From contig CAVOMX010000011.1 of assembly GCA_963697165.1 (NCBI GenBank), positions 1 through 64,000 on the forward strand: a stretch of DNA of 64,000 nucleotides, read 5' to 3'. The position numbers and the translations under genes were made by a program. The notes beneath the pieces were generated by a model. That model saw only the letters and a list, made by a program, of their open reading frames with translations, searched no databases and was not told the DNA's origin. This stretch comes from Candidatus Bathyarchaeota archaeon (lineage in GTDB: Archaea; Thermoproteota; Bathyarchaeia; Bathyarchaeales; Bathyarchaeaceae). Positions 62,677 to 64,000 of the stretch are shown here, piece after piece (positions within the stretch are counted from its first letter, which is position 1; every line of letters starts with the position of its first letter).

Positions 62677-64000
62677 ATGAAAACACTTCTCATTAATCCG
62701 CCACAGACATTTTTTCCGGGTTCAGATATTCCAGCAGCTAATCTGCCTTTAGGTTTAATGTACATAGCCGCGGTTTTAGATGAGGCAGGATATAATGTGG
62801 AAATTTTAGATGCATTCATGACTGATTTGGCGTTCCGAAAAAAGGGTGATATAACAGAAGTTGGAATGTCTTACGAAAAAATAAGAGAAGAAATACAGAG
62901 AAGAAATCCAGACATTGTGGGTATAGCAAATCCGTTCACAAGCCAAGTAGAGCATGCGATTAAAGTTGCTGATATTGTCAAAGAAATAGACTCTAGCATT
63001 TTAACTGTGGTTGGAGGTCCTCATGGAACCGTAGTGCCAGTAGAATTCTTGGAAGCGGCAAAGAATGTTGACATTGTAGCAATCGGTGAAGGCGAATACA
63101 CAATGTTAGACATTTTAGGGTTCTTTGAGGGAAACAAGAAAATCAATGATATACAGGGGATTGCTCACCGTATGGCGGGTAAGGTAGTGTTGAATTCGCC
63201 AAGAGAATTTAACAAAAATTTGGATGTGTTGCCGTATCCTGCTTACCATTTAGTGAATATGGAAAAATATCTTAATCCTAAAACGATAGAATATCGCAGT
63301 TTTAAGAAAAGAGCATTATCGATGGTGACCAGCAGGGGATGCCCTTTCAATTGTAGCTTCTGTTCGGTTCATCTGCACATGGGAAAGACGTTTAGAGCGC
63401 ACTCGGTAGATTATGTTGTAGATCATATTGAGCATTTGGTAAACAAATACCACGTTAAGACGATATACTTTGAGGATGACAACCTCACATTTGACATACA
63501 GAGATTTGAGGCAATTTGTGACAAGATCATTGAAAGAGACATCAAATTCCAGTGGGAAACACCGAATGGAGTAAGGGCAGACTATTTGACGTTAGATCTT
63601 TTGAAGAAAATGAAAAAGACAGGATGCCAAAGCGTTTTTGTTGGCGTCGAATCTGGTGACCAGTATGTTTTGGATAACATAATTGGTAAGAGCCTCAGAT
63701 TGAAGAATGTGGTCAAGTTTGCTAAGATGTGCAAGAAAATTGGGCTGAGAACTGGGGCTTTTTACATTATTGGTTTTCCCGGGGAAACGAAAGAAAACAT
63801 GAGAAATACTGTCGAGTTTGCCCTTATGTTGAAGAGAAAATATGATGTTGGCATGCACCTTCTTTTTGCAACTCCGTCATACGGCACAAGACTGTACGAT
63901 GAATGCAAGAAAAATGGGTATATCCGAGGCAGTTTGACGCCGAGGGCTTTTGCTGAGGTTAGACAAAACTGGGGATTGCCGTTGATAGAAACCGAAAAAT
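62677..64000 (+). CDS. Cobalamin-binding radical SAM protein #7; runs off the window, absent from the ORF track
   Basis: MKTLLINPP...PLGLMYIAA, GGPH, GEGE, TSRGCPFNCSFC, GVESG; GAGGT RBS. Confidence 0.9.
   Translation, partial: MKTLLINPPQTFFPGSDIPAANLPLGLMYIAAVLDEAGYNVEILDAFMTDLAFRKKGDITEVGMSYEKIREEIQRRNPDIVGIANPFTSQVEHAIKVADIVKEIDSSILTVVGGPHGTVVPVEFLEAAKNVDIVAIGEGEYTMLDILGFFEGNKKINDIQGIAHRMAGKVVLNSPREFNKNLDVLPYPAYHLVNMEKYLNPKTIEYRSFKKRALSMVTSRGCPFNCSFCSVHLHMGKTFRAHSVDYVVDHIEHLVNKYHVKTIYFEDDNLTFDIQRFEAICDKIIERDIKFQWETPNGVRADYLTLDLLKKMKKTGCQSVFVGVESGDQYVLDNIIGKSLRLKNVVKFAKMCKKIGLRTGAFYIIGFPGETKENMRNTVEFALMLKRKYDVGMHLLFATPSYGTRLYDECKKNGYIRGSLTPRAFAEVRQNWGLPLIETEK

Noticed and set aside
365..63858. 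Many 60-175 aa antisense or overlapping ORFs in the track (e.g. 27594..28121, 40597..41070, 14040..14537, 10059..10496)
   Set aside because: Shadows of well-supported genes with no recognisable motifs
43301..64000. BchE/chlorophyll or hopanoid pathway
   Set aside because: No chelatase, bch genes or squalene-hopene cyclase in the window; similarity is at fold level only
1..64000. CRISPR array, tRNA/rRNA genes, transposases or integrases
   Set aside because: No regularly spaced repeats, cloverleafs or recombinase motifs recognised by eye

Overview
Archaeal chromosomal window, most consistent with Candidatus Bathyarchaeia (inferred from gene content; not proven). The first ~16.5 kb is mostly housekeeping: a beta-CASP/RNase J-like C-terminus, a superoxide reductase-like protein, Lrp, PfkB kinase, aRF1, valS, gatC/gatA/gatB, PAC2 and a large surface protein, plus a ~2 kb repeat-flanked accessory patch upstream of valS. 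From ~16.6 kb to the end is a very dense radical-SAM region with 13 radical SAM genes in ~43 kb: 1 divergent tetraether-synthase (Tes/GDGT-MAS) homologue coupled to a DGGGP-synthase-like UbiA prenyltransferase, 2 HemN-like, 3 SPASM and 7 cobalamin-binding. These are interleaved with cobinamide salvage genes (cbiZ, cbiB, cobD, cobY, cobS, a DUF71 paralogue), 5 glycosyltransferases, 2 further methyltransferases and Fe-S/redox proteins (DUF362, aldo-keto reductase-4Fe4S, a stand-alone RnfD-ferredoxin fusion). My best hypothesis is an uncharacterised B12-supplied ether-lipid tailoring system; cobamide or tetrapyrrole tailoring is the main alternative. About 20 single-base frameshifts (by my reading 18 insertions and 2 deletions, three of them in essential valS) look like sequencing errors, so split ORFs are reported as single genes. 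No rRNA, tRNA, CRISPR array or transposase was recognised. All family assignments come from motif recognition by eye, with no database search.
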